Assembly: GCA_036172245.1 (NCBI GenBank)
Contig: JAYWIR010000001.1
Coordinates: 1,488,001 to 1,552,000, forward strand
Length of the DNA stretch: 64,000 nucleotides
Reading direction: 5' to 3'
DNA from: Raillietiella orientalis
Taxonomy: Eukaryota
Shown here: in pieces, positions 48,501 through 62,100 of the stretch
Layout of the letters: each line of letters opens with the position of its first letter
Position numbering within the stretch: the stretch's first letter is position 1
The notes under the pieces: generated by a model
What the model was told of the DNA's origin: nothing
Seen by the model: only the letters and a program-made list of their open reading frames with translations
Databases searched by the model: none
Position numbers and translations under genes: made by a program

Positions 48501-51500
48501 GCCGGGCGGGGGAACAAGTCCATGATGATGCGCGGGAAGCATTCCAGGAACGGAGGAGCGTTGAGCGCAGGACGGAGGCGAACTTCCCCTTTCGCAAAGA
48601 GGGAAGGAGAGGCACGCCTCCCCCCCGGACTTGAACGAGAAGACAGCGCCACTTATCGAAATGCTCCAAAGTCTACGCGGCCCTCAAGAGGTGCGGTCGC
48701 GGACGCGCACGTGGTCTGCCGGCTTCGGGCCGGAACGGCAGACATGGCAAAGAGATAAAAACAAATGCAGAAGAACCCAAGCCAGTCGAGGCGGAAAGTG
48801 GAGACCGAGGCGCTGCATCTTCGTGCTCGTGGAGGAAGTCCGTTCGACAGTGGGCAGCAGCGAGGAAGAAGAGGGGGAGCTTCCGAAAAACCCCGAGACT
48901 TGAGGACGTTCCCCTGACAGCGAAATGCTCGAGTTTGGCCTGGAATCGAAAACGGTTGGGATCATCCAGGGCTTGGGAAAAAGAATGAAAAAGAAAGGTA
49001 TGAAAGGTGTGGTCTCCCCCGGGGTCTAGCGAAAGCTGCATGTCGTGTTTTCCAGACTTTCAGTGACTTTTACAGAAAGCACTAGGCTGAACCAAGCTCA
49101 AAACACCGGCGTCACACTCTGCAGGGATGATGCCGCTGGCACAATTTTGCTTAGAACTGCCTTAGTGTACGAAGAACATGTTATCATGCACATGAAATTA
49201 TGGCGAGTCGGCATCTGTTTATAGTTTCCAGCTGCCGCTTGTGTAGATAAATAGGGTCGTGAATGCCTTCTGTTCCGAAAGCAGAAACGTGAAGTCACTG
49301 CTTGAACCCTTTTCCTTCCAGGGAATGCAGCGTCCTTGAGATGTGCAGATAAGATCTCTCATTCTCTCACGTGAGTCACGTTAATGAGAAGTAACACACG
49401 TACATACAGCGGCGGCAGGCATCGGTTAATCCCTATCAAATGACGTCTCTTGAATTCGGGTTTCCCTTGTTTCAGAGTCCGGATTTTGTGAAGCGCCTAC
49501 ATAATTTCCCCAATGAAGCGCCTTGCGCCAACACTCTAAGAGTAGTCCCCGGAATAGGCCAAACAGTCGATCAGAAATGTGCAGAATAAATGCACTTTAT
49601 ACCGTTGTTTTACCTCACGCGTGCATTGAATGTAATTTATTCATCGGAAGCATTCATTGATACCGGAAGTCGTATGCTCATTACGAAATTATCCACTTTT
49701 CGTACGTTTGTTCTATTTTTCACTATACGCCTCCAAGGTGTTGCTCCAATTTCAAAGGCAACCATTTCTCAGTAATTCTGACGTCACACTTTAGCTGGAA
49801 CCACTGATTTCAGCCGAGCTGTATTTTTTTTTTTTCCTGAAAAATATTGTGGAATAACAACGATTGGGAATCTAGAAAAAAGATCTGGAAATGTCACGAA
49901 TTACTTTTTGGAATTTAATTCTCGTGTGACCTTTGTATTGTAAAATCCTCAGCGTGTGCTACTTCACACAATCAGTGATGCACGTCACACGCCCCGAGAT
50001 AGAAACATCCAAGTTCATGTCACTGAATTGAGTTTTCCGCCACGGATCAGGCGAGCACGCATGCAGCATTCAGGATGCAGTGCTACGATAATATTGCAAC
50101 TGCCATCTTATGATCAAATTAAGATAAACGAGGAAGGTACTGAGGATCAAAATGGACCGCTCAAAAGGCATCTTCAGATGATCGCCCTAAGTGTTGCCCC
50201 AATCGTCCTGCAAGCGAGGAGTACGTTCGAACGCTTTCCTTAATGGTTTCTGCAGTCTGAGAATCACATATTGCTGTGAAATTAAATGGCACCATATTTC
50301 CTTTTTAATTTTATGAAGCACCGTTACAGACAGTTATGCTTGTCCGGAATATGATTAAGTAACAAATTCTATCTCAAAAGAGTGTGATACGTTAAGGGGC
50401 CAAGCTTTCGTGATTCATGTGGCAACCCTGGGGAATCTGAAAAAAAATAGTTCTTTTTCTAATTCAATACAGGGCTCTGAATGAAGAGCTGTGACGTCCG
50501 CTACGTGGTGAAGCGTTTGGAATGGTAGAAAAACTCGTATTCGGCTACTGATGAGACATCCCTATTTGGAGGTCACATTTCAGCAGCTTTGCTAGGCTTA
50601 CAGAGGTCACATTGTAATCTAATCTAGGGGGGCCTCCGTTTGATCAAACAGGATCTGTCAAAGCTCGATTTTATTTTGTCGTCGGCAGGTCGTCCTCGCT
50701 ATCAGAAGGCACTGTTTTGCCTTATGTATATTGCTCATAGCCTGGATGATGTTTGCTATAAGGTGCACTGCAAGACCACATTTCCACTTGCATGTTCCAG
50801 ATAAGTGCACAAAGGGGGAAAGCTCAGCTGCGCAGACGACATTGAACTTCATCGCTATCCTTGATGAAGGAACGTTGCTTGCCCTCCACTCACCCGATTG
50901 GGAAAAGATCGAAACAGTGTAGCACCATGAAAGGAGTTTGGATTCTGCGAAAGACTTGGCGGCAAGAAGCTAGGGCGTGATGCCGACGAAAGCATCTGCC
51001 GGAAGAGTCCTCGTGTTTTACGACCCAGAACCCAGTTTCGAAAAACGGAGGAGGAGAACGGATCGACCTTCTCTCTGCATCCTTTTCCTCCCTCCCTTTC
51101 CAAAAAGCATCTTTCAGCTTTTAGAAGCGTTGAGAGCGTGCTGCTGGCTAGATGGCATGGCTTTGCGGCCTTGTCCCTATCCATCAAGGTGAATCCTTGT
51201 GGCTTCACCAGAGGTGTTCGAAGTATAAAGCGGGCACAAAAGAGTGTCGGAGGAACACTGGGGTTTCATCTTAGGATTTCAGTACTGCTCTTCAAATGTC
51301 CACTTGGGATTTTTCGGAATGGGGAATCTGGGGCTCGCCTTCTCCATCGCGATGTAAGGATCGAAACACGAAGCGCAAGCAGCGTGCGTTTGGGCCATCT
51401 CTGAGAAGGAATTTTTTTTTTTTTTTTTTCTTCCGGGACGTCCATGGAAACGGAGAACTAGGCATTTTTTTCCCCTTTTTCGCACCGGAGACCAGTTCGA

Positions 51501-51810
51501 ACGAACTGACGAAAACGATTCTCCGGTATGGAAATTTTCCATTGTCCTTCTACGAACGAAGGTTACTTCGGCGCAAATGGTTTCCTGCCTCAGCTGGTGT
51601 CGATTTCGTGTTATTCTCTTGTTACCATCTGCATTCTACGTATTGTTCATTTCAGGTCAGATGTGCCTGAGGAGTCGTCACCCTAGGGACGAGACTGTGC
51701 CCTTATCTCTGGGAATAAGTCTGGCAGTGTTCACCGTCGCCATCATAACTGGATACGCCATTTACCGCCACTTTAAGGAGAAAAAGATAGATTACGGCAT
51801 AATGCAATGA
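36512..51810 (+). CDS. LAMP-family (LAMP5/UNC-46-like) single-pass membrane glycoprotein
   Basis: Phase-compatible exons 36512-36612 (LILRNDKSEICALLFLDGVIDIAF), 37995-38114 (RIPHKGSVSGLCD..VSWRTFTMSFYF), 46962-47235 (WFLRTITITYNMSDPAF..AFTCP..NVTLQPF..GEFAP) and 51656-51810 (QMC..DETVPLSLG-TM-YRHFKEKKIDYGIMQ*). Four LAMP-domain cysteines, a TM helix and a short YxxPhi tail. Confidence 0.85.
40661..41029. mobile_element. pogo/Tigger-like (Tc1-mariner) non-autonomous element
   Basis: Inverted termini cctcggtactcg (40667) and cgagtaccgaggcaccgctg-TA (41008-41029). Internal cgagtaccga-like motif recurs about 5 times. Left outer end is eroded. Confidence 0.65.
41250..41910 (-). pseudogene. Possible very decayed histone H4-like (41720-41910) and H3-like (41250-41520) remnants
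   Basis: Ordered frameshifted motifs: DNLKEI..RGV..VYNVMRSILE..LKARTHG (H4-like) and HRLPGTLLR..QKSLLV..HEIS..RWQ..LQA..LFHL..AVH..RVT..IQPRR (H3-like). Weak. Confidence 0.25.
42087..42230 (-). pseudogene. Second copy of the H3 pseudogene 3' end and downstream flank
   Basis: About 110 nt highly similar to 45742-45850. Minus translation VILKDSRLAS-LSV* parallels VMPKRARLASRIGGRPSV*. Confidence 0.65.
43465..43580 (+). mobile_element. tRNA-derived SINE-like head, copy 3
   Basis: cctgcggtcttcgcgcgtg, B-box ggttcgaatccc and gggtttcgagtcc..ccccgcag, shared with the minus strand of 4035-4165. Confidence 0.6.
43960..44700 (-). mobile_element. L1/Tx1-like ORF2 C-terminal fragment with zinc knuckle
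   Basis: CGPKLCKVGERESLPHLLVDCVAFGLLWRRF matches the C..C....E(T/S)..HL...C......W motif of L1-clade ORF2. Confidence 0.7.
44800..45200 (+). repeat. Interspersed repeat family X, copy 5 (longest)
   Basis: Shares blocks with all other copies (ccatggag.tggt, gagcggatcctttccggg, ccttcctgga, tgaagag...acgcacc). Confidence 0.75.
45676..45691 (-). promoter_or_regulatory. Replication-dependent histone mRNA 3' stem-loop (one substitution in the stem)
   Basis: Minus strand aaaat-GGCCCATTTTAGGGCC-agtaa versus consensus GGYYCTTTTYAGRGCC, 145 nt downstream of the H3-like stop on the same strand. Confidence 0.65.
45836..46030 (-). pseudogene. Histone H3 pseudogene (C-terminal half)
   Basis: [22 protein letters not shown] / VTVMPKRARLASRIGG versus H3 [42 protein letters not shown]. 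Frameshifts present. Upstream trace of REI..FKTDL..F; no N-terminal half. Confidence 0.85.
47790..48140 (+). repeat. Interspersed repeat family X, copy 6
   Basis: ccatggagctggttgataccc, gaggaacggactcc and cttgaagagtcaaacgcaccc blocks shared with the other copies. Confidence 0.75.
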
Positions 51811-54800
51811 TGGTCTCTCTCTTGGTATGACGAGCCGAATTGATGTGAAGATGGGGTGCATCCGGCCTAGCTGACGCAGATTTTCACGATCGTGCGAATT
51901 TAGATGTTGGTGGTGATGTGAACTCTTTATTTATTTACTTATTTATTTATTTACGAGCAAAGACGTCTTCGTTTTCTCACTTCCAAGAGAGCACTCCCTC
52001 GAAAGTGTCCGTTCTTCCAGAGTATGTGTGTGTATGTGTGTGTGTGTTTTTTTCGATTTGGTGATGAAAACGAGATGTAAAAAGAAACAACCGAGCTCTT
52101 GCTCTGAGCACTTATCCGAAGCTCTTCTACCTTATGCAATAAAAAGATATCTTTTTCGATAAAAGAAACTGGTGGAGCAAGGGAACTGCCATCATAATAC
52201 ACACCCACACACAAGCAAACACCTTTGGGATTGCCTCTCATGCTCGAAAGGAGAAGGAAGAGGGAGGAGTTTTGGGCTTCTTGTTTTGCCGAAATGTGCT
52301 GCTCGCCATTCGCTACTTCAGGGTTCAGTGCACAACGATTCCGGTTCCAGTAATTGGAAGTGTTCAGTAAGCTAGACACGAAGTCACAGATGTTCTTTGA
52401 AGTGTTCAGGAGATCCCAAAACGCAATGGAAAACGCAAAGGTCTATGCAGAGTTTCAGGGAGAGAATCAGCTTCTGAGAAAGCCAAATGTTAAGTTCACA
52501 TCTGGTCTTCTCATGTCATCACAATGTCAACACAGAAGCATCAGCACCAGTGTCTTCATAATGCCAACGCGTAAGTGCTATGAAGGCACATGGGTGTCGT
52601 CGCAACGAAAAGTCCGTATCCGTCGATCCGTGGCCTTTTTTTTCCTCTTTTTTAGGAACAAACAAAAGAGAAACAAATGGGCAGATTTTGTTGCACTCGT
52701 TCATGCATGTGTCTCTTGGATATGCAGCTGCTCCTGAGGACCCGATGAATACTGCAAAGCGCATTTGGAAGGAGGGATCCAATGGAGCCACATCCCGGAT
52801 TCCTTGAGAGAGTTCTGCGGAAAAGTCCCCCGCGTTGGAAGACGAGAAACCGTGCAGCGAAAATTCAGGAGGGAAGATGCAAATTTTCTTGCAGTCTATT
52901 TGCCTTCCATTTTGCTTTCATCCATTCCTTTTTTCTCCCTCGTTGTCAAGTGGGCCCTTCCAGAATTGCAGGATCTTTCCTGCACATCTGAGACTTTGGC
53001 GCCGCTTACTGGTGTCCATCTGAACACAAATTTAATGCAGTTGGAAAAAATAAAATAAAATGACATCGAGGACTAAGGGGGGGGAGGGGGGGGGGTTCCT
53101 ATCATCAAAAGTTCCCGTTTTCATTTGAGCGGCCATTCTAATGAACCGTATTTTCGTGTAATTCCTGTCTTTCTCAACTTTCCAGTTACATCGTGCAACC
53201 CAACCCAAACGTAACCGAACGCATCCTTGAAGGTGGTCAGCCTAGCCGAAAGACGATCTTTAGCTGCGCTCAGGGTTAAGCACCTGGCTTGTACTTCCTC
53301 CTCCATTTAATTCAACTCCTCTTCGGGGAAACTTTTCATTCCTGCCGATCCCCTTCAGAATTCCTCGCTTCCCGAGTTTACGGCCTTGGCCGCGCGGAAC
53401 TTTCATTTCCCTGTTTTTTTCTTTTTCCTTTTGTAAATGCCACTCGCCGGTGCTCTTGCTTTGCTGCTGCTTCCGTTAAAATCAAGTCGGGAAAGGGAGA
53501 GGAAGGAAATGGCCATGGATTTGTAAGCTGATAGCTGACAGTCCAAGCGCTCGCGAACCTTCCCATTGCGATTCCAAGATCTTCGTTTCGGTATTTTTAG
53601 TCTTTTCGCATCCTTTCTGAACCGAGTCGCAAAAAAACACACACCCACACATGCACTTCTTTGTGGTTTCACTTCTATATGTGCGAAGATAGAGCGATGC
53701 CGTGTTTGCCAAAAATTTCCTGAAGAGCTGGGTCACTGAAGTGAACTTCCCACCACAACTTGATCGTGGATGGAGGATCTTAGCAAGACTTTTGAATAGT
53801 CTGTACGTGGAAAACGTACGAACTCGCCTCGAAGATCCATTCTTCCTAGCTTACGCCTCCCCCTTTAGCAAAACCCCTACTTTGCTAAAGGCAAAAGTAT
53901 TTTTGGTGCTTCAGCTTACCACGAATTGAATTGACATTCCACTTTCTTGACCTCCGCAAACATAAGGGTGTTTCACGTCCCAGGAGCGATCTCTTATGCT
54001 ATGTGTTAATATCCATTTTGAAAATTCTTATCATTTTCAAGTTTCATATTTTAATTAGAAAACATATTGTAATTTAACATAAAACATCCATTAAAATGCA
54101 TTCTGCAATATATATATATGTATTAAGTAACTACATATGCAGCTGCAGCATCATGAAAATATGGAACAGAGGTAACATGCCCACTATTTAGTGGATTTTC
54201 GAATGCATCTTTGCATGCATGTGAGCACCTTAAAGATTGGCTCCTGGGAAGGGAGAAGAGTAGAAAGGAGCGTTTCTGTAGTACTTAAGATGGAACAAAA
54301 AATTCATATTAGGTGCGCAATCACGAAAGATTGTAAAATACCTTCACGGATCTCATCTGGCAAAGCATACTGTGGGTCACTGCATGCATTGCTGAGCAAA
54401 CATTTCCCTGTGCTGTCGTGTCCTTTTTCCGTGGCAGCTGACCTCGAACTTTGGAGCGGAAGCATTAATTAACATTAGTACTTTAATTTTCAACGTGAAA
54501 GCATGCAAATGTTTACCAAATTTAGCTATTTCCTCAAAGATCCCTCGTGAAAGTTGAAGCATTCTTGCCTTGAAATTTGTATACGTTTTTTAAATAAACG
54601 AAAAAGTACTTGGCTTTATTTGTTCCATTAATTAATGCAAGGAAATCTTTATCTCACCGTAACTGTGAGGATGCATTCAAGGATTTGTTCACACCACTAT
54701 TATAAATACATTTCAGGGAAAAGCTAATGGCACAACTGTTGCTAAAACGAAAATTAGGTTATCCAGAACACTTCTTTGCATCTTCAGCATCTCATGGTTT

Positions 54801-56109
54801 TGAAATGTTTCTTTTTCGTCTTTGTACGCAACAAATGGTACTTGCGAAGAACGTGTGCTCAACCGTATGCTTCGAATTTCGTAATGACTTCTGTGTCTCA
54901 TGCTGCATTTACACAAATAAATAAGAACACATATGCTTGGCTTTCACGTGCTCTAAAGATGTTGTTTTGCTGCTGCGTTGATGAACAACGAACGGCAGGA
55001 CTCCGTATTTCTGTTGCAAGGGCTTAGAAAATCTGCCCGATTTTTTTTTACCTGCCTACTCTTTACTCTTTGTAGGTTTTAAAATGAAAAAAGTACATTC
55101 TTACATCTGTTTTTCGCCTTTTTTATTTTCTGGAAGAGAAAATTCAGTGTATTTCTGTGAACTCCATAGATTAGAAATGCATTACTTTCAAGATTGGTAT
55201 CTTGCTTCCCATCTGAATGCTCTTGAGATTTTCGTCGTTTTTCGTTAAAACCGATAACGCAGAGGATCATTTGAAATGGCATTTATTTGCTATTGGATTT
55301 TTTTTTGCTATCGTTGAATATGGTGCTGTAGAAGTACTTAAAGTAAAAGTAATTGCTGTTTTAAAAGATTAATGGAACCAACTTCGTGCAAGCAGTCGTT
55401 GAGCTTCCACTCTCCAAATTCGAACCACATGGTCGTGTTTGCCTTATAGAAGCACTTGTAAAGGAACTGCATGAACGTGTCAGTGTGATAATAGAGTCAA
55501 CAACTAATATACGATAGTAATCGTGTATCCGTTTTCTCGTTTTATGTTCATAATGGAAGTCTGGTAGCATCTTCGCTCACGGACACGAAGATGCAATCAA
55601 TACGTGGAATGAATCAACACCTGTAATTACTGCATATGCCAGAAATGGCATTGAAACTTAAACGGGAATTCTATTTTACCTCATTAAGACGCTCTGTTTC
55701 CGTTACTGATGCATCGAATTCTTCGGACATGGTTGGAACATTATGGACATTATGGAACGTTGTCTGGAGACATATCCAGAGAAGATGCACGATCCTTCTC
55801 AAAAATAATCAGCTGAACCTGTTGCTCATTTTTGTTTGCGTTTTTGCTTAATTGGGCCCCCAAGGATGCGTGAAATACTAAGTGGAAAATCAGCCTAGTT
55901 TTGTATACATATCCATTCATTCCATGGGTCTTGAGAGACGGATTAACCGTTTGCGTTTTTCATTAACTTCTAAGGCTACCGGGATGAATTCACCCCCTTG
56001 GTAATGTTAGGAAAAAATTCATGAAAACAGGCGTTTAGCTTTACTACTCCCTACAATGCAAACCGTGAAATCGATGCATTTCTGAAGCAGTTACTCATTT
56101 TTCATTTCG

Positions 56110-59100
56110 ATGGAATGGGGCCTTTTTGTCCTAAGCGTCGTGTTCATTTCACCTGGCATTATTGCAGTATTTAAAGTCTTGTCCTCCCGGAGGGAAAATT
56201 TTGTATGGTCCGCTTTCGGATTGCAGGCGGTGCAGGCAGTTTGAGGTACCACTGTGATTGAAATAGTTAAGGTCGTTTCTCCGACGAGAGCAAATTTGCC
56301 CCCTGATTCAACTCAGTTTAATAGTTTTCACATTATGTAATCCAAAGAAACTTATGTATTCATTGAGAAAGTATATTAAATTTACCCTATATGTGAACGT
56401 ACTTGTTGGGACTGGGTGGATTTTTGAATCTGTGAAATCTGTTGACAAGTTCGGCAACGAGGAAGCCAGGATAGGTTTGAATTTTAATGAAATTTGTGAA
56501 TCCTCAAGTGCTTTTTCGTTTATTGCTAGCGGATCGAAATTCCACCCAGCATGCATCGGATGAAAGCCAGTATGAAGAGAAGGCCTCGGTCAACATTAGT
56601 TTGGATAGTAAAATAAAATATTCGGTGGTATAACACGCCTTTCATGTTTTTTTTTGAATGAAGGCATTCATTGTTTATTCCGCTTTTTAGTGGCAGTTGC
56701 AAGGTCTTCATGGTGGCTTGCAAGTAAAATGGACCGATAGATCATTGAATATACTTCATGTTCTTGCATCCAGTCCTCCAGAAACAAAGCCAGGATCGTC
56801 AAGTTTATACATGTCATTAGATGGCGGAAAAACATTTGAAAATTTGACCAGCGGTTTCCTGAGTAGTTCTCACAATACTTCCATTGTCATTTCAGTAATT
56901 GAAAATCATCCATATTATGCATCATGGGTAGGGAAGAAATTGAGTTGGTACCAATCACTTTTCTGTGAAGATGATATTTGCAGATGTAGAACATAAACTG
57001 ATTTTCACCAGCAAAGATTATGGGAAGACCCTATCTTCCTATTCACTTGAATTTACTCCGTCTGTTGTTTTGATGGATCCAACACATTTTGAAACCTTAG
57101 TCATATTGGATACCCAGGATGAGCAACACAGGGTAAGTGAACTTTGATCTGGAAGTTATTTCTAAATGCCATATGGTCCAGCTTTATGCTAGTGATAATT
57201 TTGGTCTCACCTTTCACAGTGTTGATGTTCATGTGAAGCAGGTTTGCTGGATGCCACATACACAGCTCTCCAAATTGTACATTTTGAGGGAAGAATTTCC
57301 ACATCAATCGTCTTTGTTAATTAGCAGTATATATGAACAAGACAAAAAGAGATCACTTCTTTCCAATGTTTTGTCTTTTTTGGTACATGATGATTTGCTT
57401 TTTGTCTTGAGATATGAGGTTAGTCCATTGTTCAGTAGAACTTTCAGTAGTATGTAGAATCATGGTCTGGGGTTGTGGACATCCTACCAAGAAGAATCCA
57501 TGTTAAGAGCCAGAATTCCATCTGAAGTGCCCATAACAGATATACATATTATTGATGTGACAGCAGGTCAAGTATTAGCTTGTATCATATATGGTGATGA
57601 TGCAAATTTGTATGTGGGATATCTGGATTCTAATCATCAGTTACATTTTTCTTTGTCTCTGAAAAATGTAGCATATGCACATAAGGATTATAAACCCCAG
57701 GTTGCCACCAGGTAGCTATTTTGAAGGTAGAGGGGAAGTTAGCATTATTGCTTTAGTGCGAGTATCACCAATTTTGTTGTGGATGTACACAAAGTGGAGG
57801 GTCTCCATGGTGTTTACTTAGCTAATCGATTGGTTTTTGATAACAAAGACGAATTTCATCCATCTAAAGTGATTTCTTATATTACTCAAGATAAAGGCAG
57901 AAGTTGGCATCCAATTTCTGAACCATGTGATTCTGTAAGCAGCAATTAATCGAGAAGACATTATAATTTAACTAGAAATCAAGCTGCACATTACATTCAG
58001 GATATGTGTTTAGTGCACAGCATAAGTCTTCAATTGAAAAATCTCCAATTCTTACCTTAGCCTCTTCTCCAGGGCTGATTCTTGCTTCTGTAATTTCTGG
58101 ACATATGTTGAAGGGCCACATTAATGTGTACTTAAGTCGAGATGGAGGACTTCATTGGCAGGAAGTTGGTTACTAATTGTTCTTCAGAAAAACGCATTGT
58201 GTTCTCTATTTAGGCCCTTCAAGGAGAGCATCTGTTTGCATTTGGAGACTTTGGAGGTCTCATAGTTGCTGTGCGTAGTCATCATAGCTTTGGTGCTACA
58301 AAAGAGTTGTTCTACTCCTTGGATCAAGGGATATCTTGGGGGAATTTTACATTTTGGGAACATCCATTAAATGTTCACCAAATTATTGCGGATCCACAAG
58401 ACAATGGAACTAGCTTCTTGTTGGTTGGCCAGCAGTCCAGCAGTCTTGAGTGGATTGTGGTGCATGTGGATCTGCATGATGTTTTTCCACGAAAATGTCA
58501 GCTTTCAGATTACAAAGAATGGAATCCTGTAGTACAAAACACTGGTTCCAATTGCCTCCTGGGGCAAAAACAAGTGTTTAGAAGGAGGAAGCGAATGGCA
58601 ATCTGTTTAAATGCCTTTGAATTGTTAGGTGTAGTGCGCACAGAAATATGTCCATGTTCTCCTGCTGATTTTCAATGGTAAATTGGTAGATTGATTGATC
58701 AGCTAATGTGATTTTCAGTGATTTTGGTTTTGTACTACAACCTGAAACGGGCCTGTGTGTTAAAGATACCCATCTGTTATATGAACCTTATCAAGTGCCC
58801 AAGAATTGCAAACCAGGCATGCGCTATGAACGTACTCAAGGCTATGTTAAAATTCCTGGTGATCAGTGTCGAATGGGGATGGAAGACCATTTTGTCCCTG
58901 ATTCCATTCTTTGCCCATTGGCAGTTCATGAAGATTTTCTACTGTTGGCACAGCGCACATTGGTTTCCCGCATAATTCTGGGTTCTGCTCATCCAGAAGT
59001 AGAGCATTTTCCAATTACAGGACTTACTGATGTCACTGCTGTTGATTATGATCTTCAGCATAATTGCTTGTATTGGGCAGATGAAACTCACATATCTGTA

Positions 59101-62100
59101 AGTGCAGCTTGGAGGATGTATATGTAGTTTATGCTCTTGAATAGCGCCTGTGTTTTGATGGTATCTCAAAAGAGGAGATCTTAGTTGCAAATAATCTAAA
59201 ATCTGTGGAAGGCCTTGCACTAGATTGGGTAAATAATAATTTGTATTTTGTGGATCGGGACAGGAAAACTATTGAATTTGTGCAACTGCATCAGTCCCCA
59301 GCACTTTTCCTACGCCGAACTGTTGCTAATAGCACTATCTTAGGAAAACCCCGAGGAATTGCCTTACACCCTACAGCTGGGTATTGGCCAAATTACGAAA
59401 ATCAGGAATGTAATTTCTCTCCATAGGATTCTGTTTTTCACTGATTGGTCAACTGAACGTCCAGCTGTGGGTCGTATGCATCTTGATGGTTCTGGTGGTG
59501 TCATTTTATTCACATCACCAACTGTTGCATGGCCAAATGGCATTACTGTTGATTTTGCTTCTCAGCGCATTTTCTTTGTGGATGCTAAATATAATTTTAT
59601 TGCCTCCGCAAAATTGGATGGTAGTGGCTTACGCAAAATGCTGCAAAATCAGGTGAGGATTGAATGATTAACTGAACTCAAATCTTATGATACCTAGCTG
59701 GAAGTGAAGCATCCATTTGCTGTAGCTGTGTTCAAAGACAAGATGTTTTGGGATGATTGGTCCACCTTGGCATTGTATCAGGCAGGTAAGGCAGATGGTC
59801 AACAAGTGCAACAACTGACAGATAAATTGGTCAGTGCCATGGATCTGAAGGTAGGAAATAGCTGTCGGCTAACTGTGACCTTGAATGAAACTCTCATAGG
59901 TTTATAGCCACTCATTGCAACATGGCTCTTCATCATGCATTATAAATGGCATCCATTCCTGTCCATATCTGTGTGTTGGAGGAGGTGCAGGCAATCACAT
60001 CTGTATTTGCCCAGATGGTTTAGATTCAAAACAGCATGCAAATGGATCAGAAAGTTGCTGGTGTCCTGGAGGCAAGATACCATTCTCTAATGGCACTTGT
60101 CCCTCAGGTATGAATTTCTTTGTAATCATGGCACTTAGCTAATACTTTTTTTTCAGGAGATCATGGATGTAGTCCTTTTCAATTTGCTTGTTCCAATGGC
60201 TTATGTGTGTCTCAGCAATGGCAATGTGATGGTCATGATAACTGTGGTGATGGTTCAGATGAGCAGAATTGCCAGCCATTGCTGACAAAATGTGATGGTG
60301 ACATGTTCATGTGTGATGGTAATTGTGTTCCTGTTTCATGGCGCTGTGACCATGAGAAGGACTGTTCTGATGGCTCTGATGAAAAAGGCTGTGGTGAGTG
60401 GCTCAAGTGCCCATTTCAAGGCTTTCATTTTGTAGATATTGCAAATTGCACGTGGGACAAATTCAAGTGTCAGTCAGGAGAGTGTATTAATTTAACCTGG
60501 GTGTGTGATAATGAAGTTGATTGTTGGGATGGTTCTGATGAAGCTCAATGTTTGATACTTCCTTCTCATGACTTTTGCGAAGGTATGAATCATATGATTC
60601 ATAGTGCTTGCTTAGGCAATCCTATCAGATGAATTCTGGTGTATTGGAAATTCTCGCTTATGTATTCCTCCTAATTGGCGTTGTGATGGAGAATCGGATT
60701 GTCCAGACCACAGTGATGAAATTGGTTGCGCTGAAAATGTGTGCTCTCCTAGTCAGTTTCAATGTTCAAACTTTCGATGTATTATAAGCCCATGGGTGTG
60801 TGATGGAGATAAAGACTGTGCAGATGGTGATGATGAAATTAATTGCACTCTGCCTACTAGCACAAAACAGACTTCTAGCCTCTCCCCAAGTGGTGACTGT
60901 AGTGACTCTAATACTTTCAAATGTCAAAGTGGATTATGCATTTCACTCTCTTGGAGATGTGATATGGTTAATGACTGTCCTGACCAAGAGGATGAAGAAA
61001 ACTGTGAGACTATGATTTCTTCTACTACTCCTTCTACCTTGGAAATGACAACTAGTTGCTCTATCAATCACTTTCAGTGTCTGGATGGTATGGTACAGCT
61101 TTTAGTCAGTAGCTACTAAGTGCAAGTAGGTGTTTGCATCTGGGAAGCTTGGGTTTGTGATGGAAGCAGGGATTGCTCCCAAGGCGAAGACGAACAAAAC
61201 TGTTTTAGTCTTACCAATATCTGTACTCCATCTCAGATTCATTGTTTTCGATCCGGAGGTTGTGTGCCTAAAGAGTCCCTTTGCAATGGTCATCAAGATT
61301 GTGGTGATGGCACAGATGAAGAACAGTGTCTCCAGCTGCATAACAGTCAGTATTGCTCTGCCTTTGGAATTTTGTCTATAGCATTGCGACAGATACGGAT
61401 GGCAATTACTGTGATCTAGGCTTTCTGAAATGTGATGATCAGCATTGTATCCCTCTTGCTCAGCGCTGTGATGGTAAAGAGGACTGCTATGATGGACAGG
61501 ATGAGGCTGGTTGCACAGGTGTTACTCCTGTATTTCAAGTATATCTTATATTCTGAGTGGCCACTTCATGAATGAGTGAATTCAGGTGGAATCGATAATG
61601 GTAGATGCCAAATCCATTCAGCACGATAGTTTTTTGGTGGATTGGCAAAAACCTGCAGGAAATAAAAGCGTCGAGTTTCTCCCCACCATAAGCCTTTTCG
61701 GTAGTAACATTTGGAAAAATGAAAGCTGGACACCCTTATCTTGGCATTATTTTTCTGATTTGCAACCATTCTCCTCATATCTTGTAGGCATCTTTGTGCG
61801 CCAAAGAGGAGATACTTATGTTGCACCCTTGGCTACTCATTTGTTAGTACAAACTGCAGTTGGCAGTAAGTGTTGCTATGGTGTAAACTATCACACAACT
61901 ATTATGCAGAGCCCTCTGCACCCTTGAGGTTACAAGCTTCCCAAATTACTTACAACCACATTCGCCTTCAGTGGACTGCTCCCAAATTTGTCAATGGTAA
62001 GCAACTTTCCTACCATCTATATCAGCAGCCTCCGCTGCCTCCAATCCAGTACATTACATCCAAGCAATTTATTGTGGTTAATGGAGACTTTCACGCAGGA

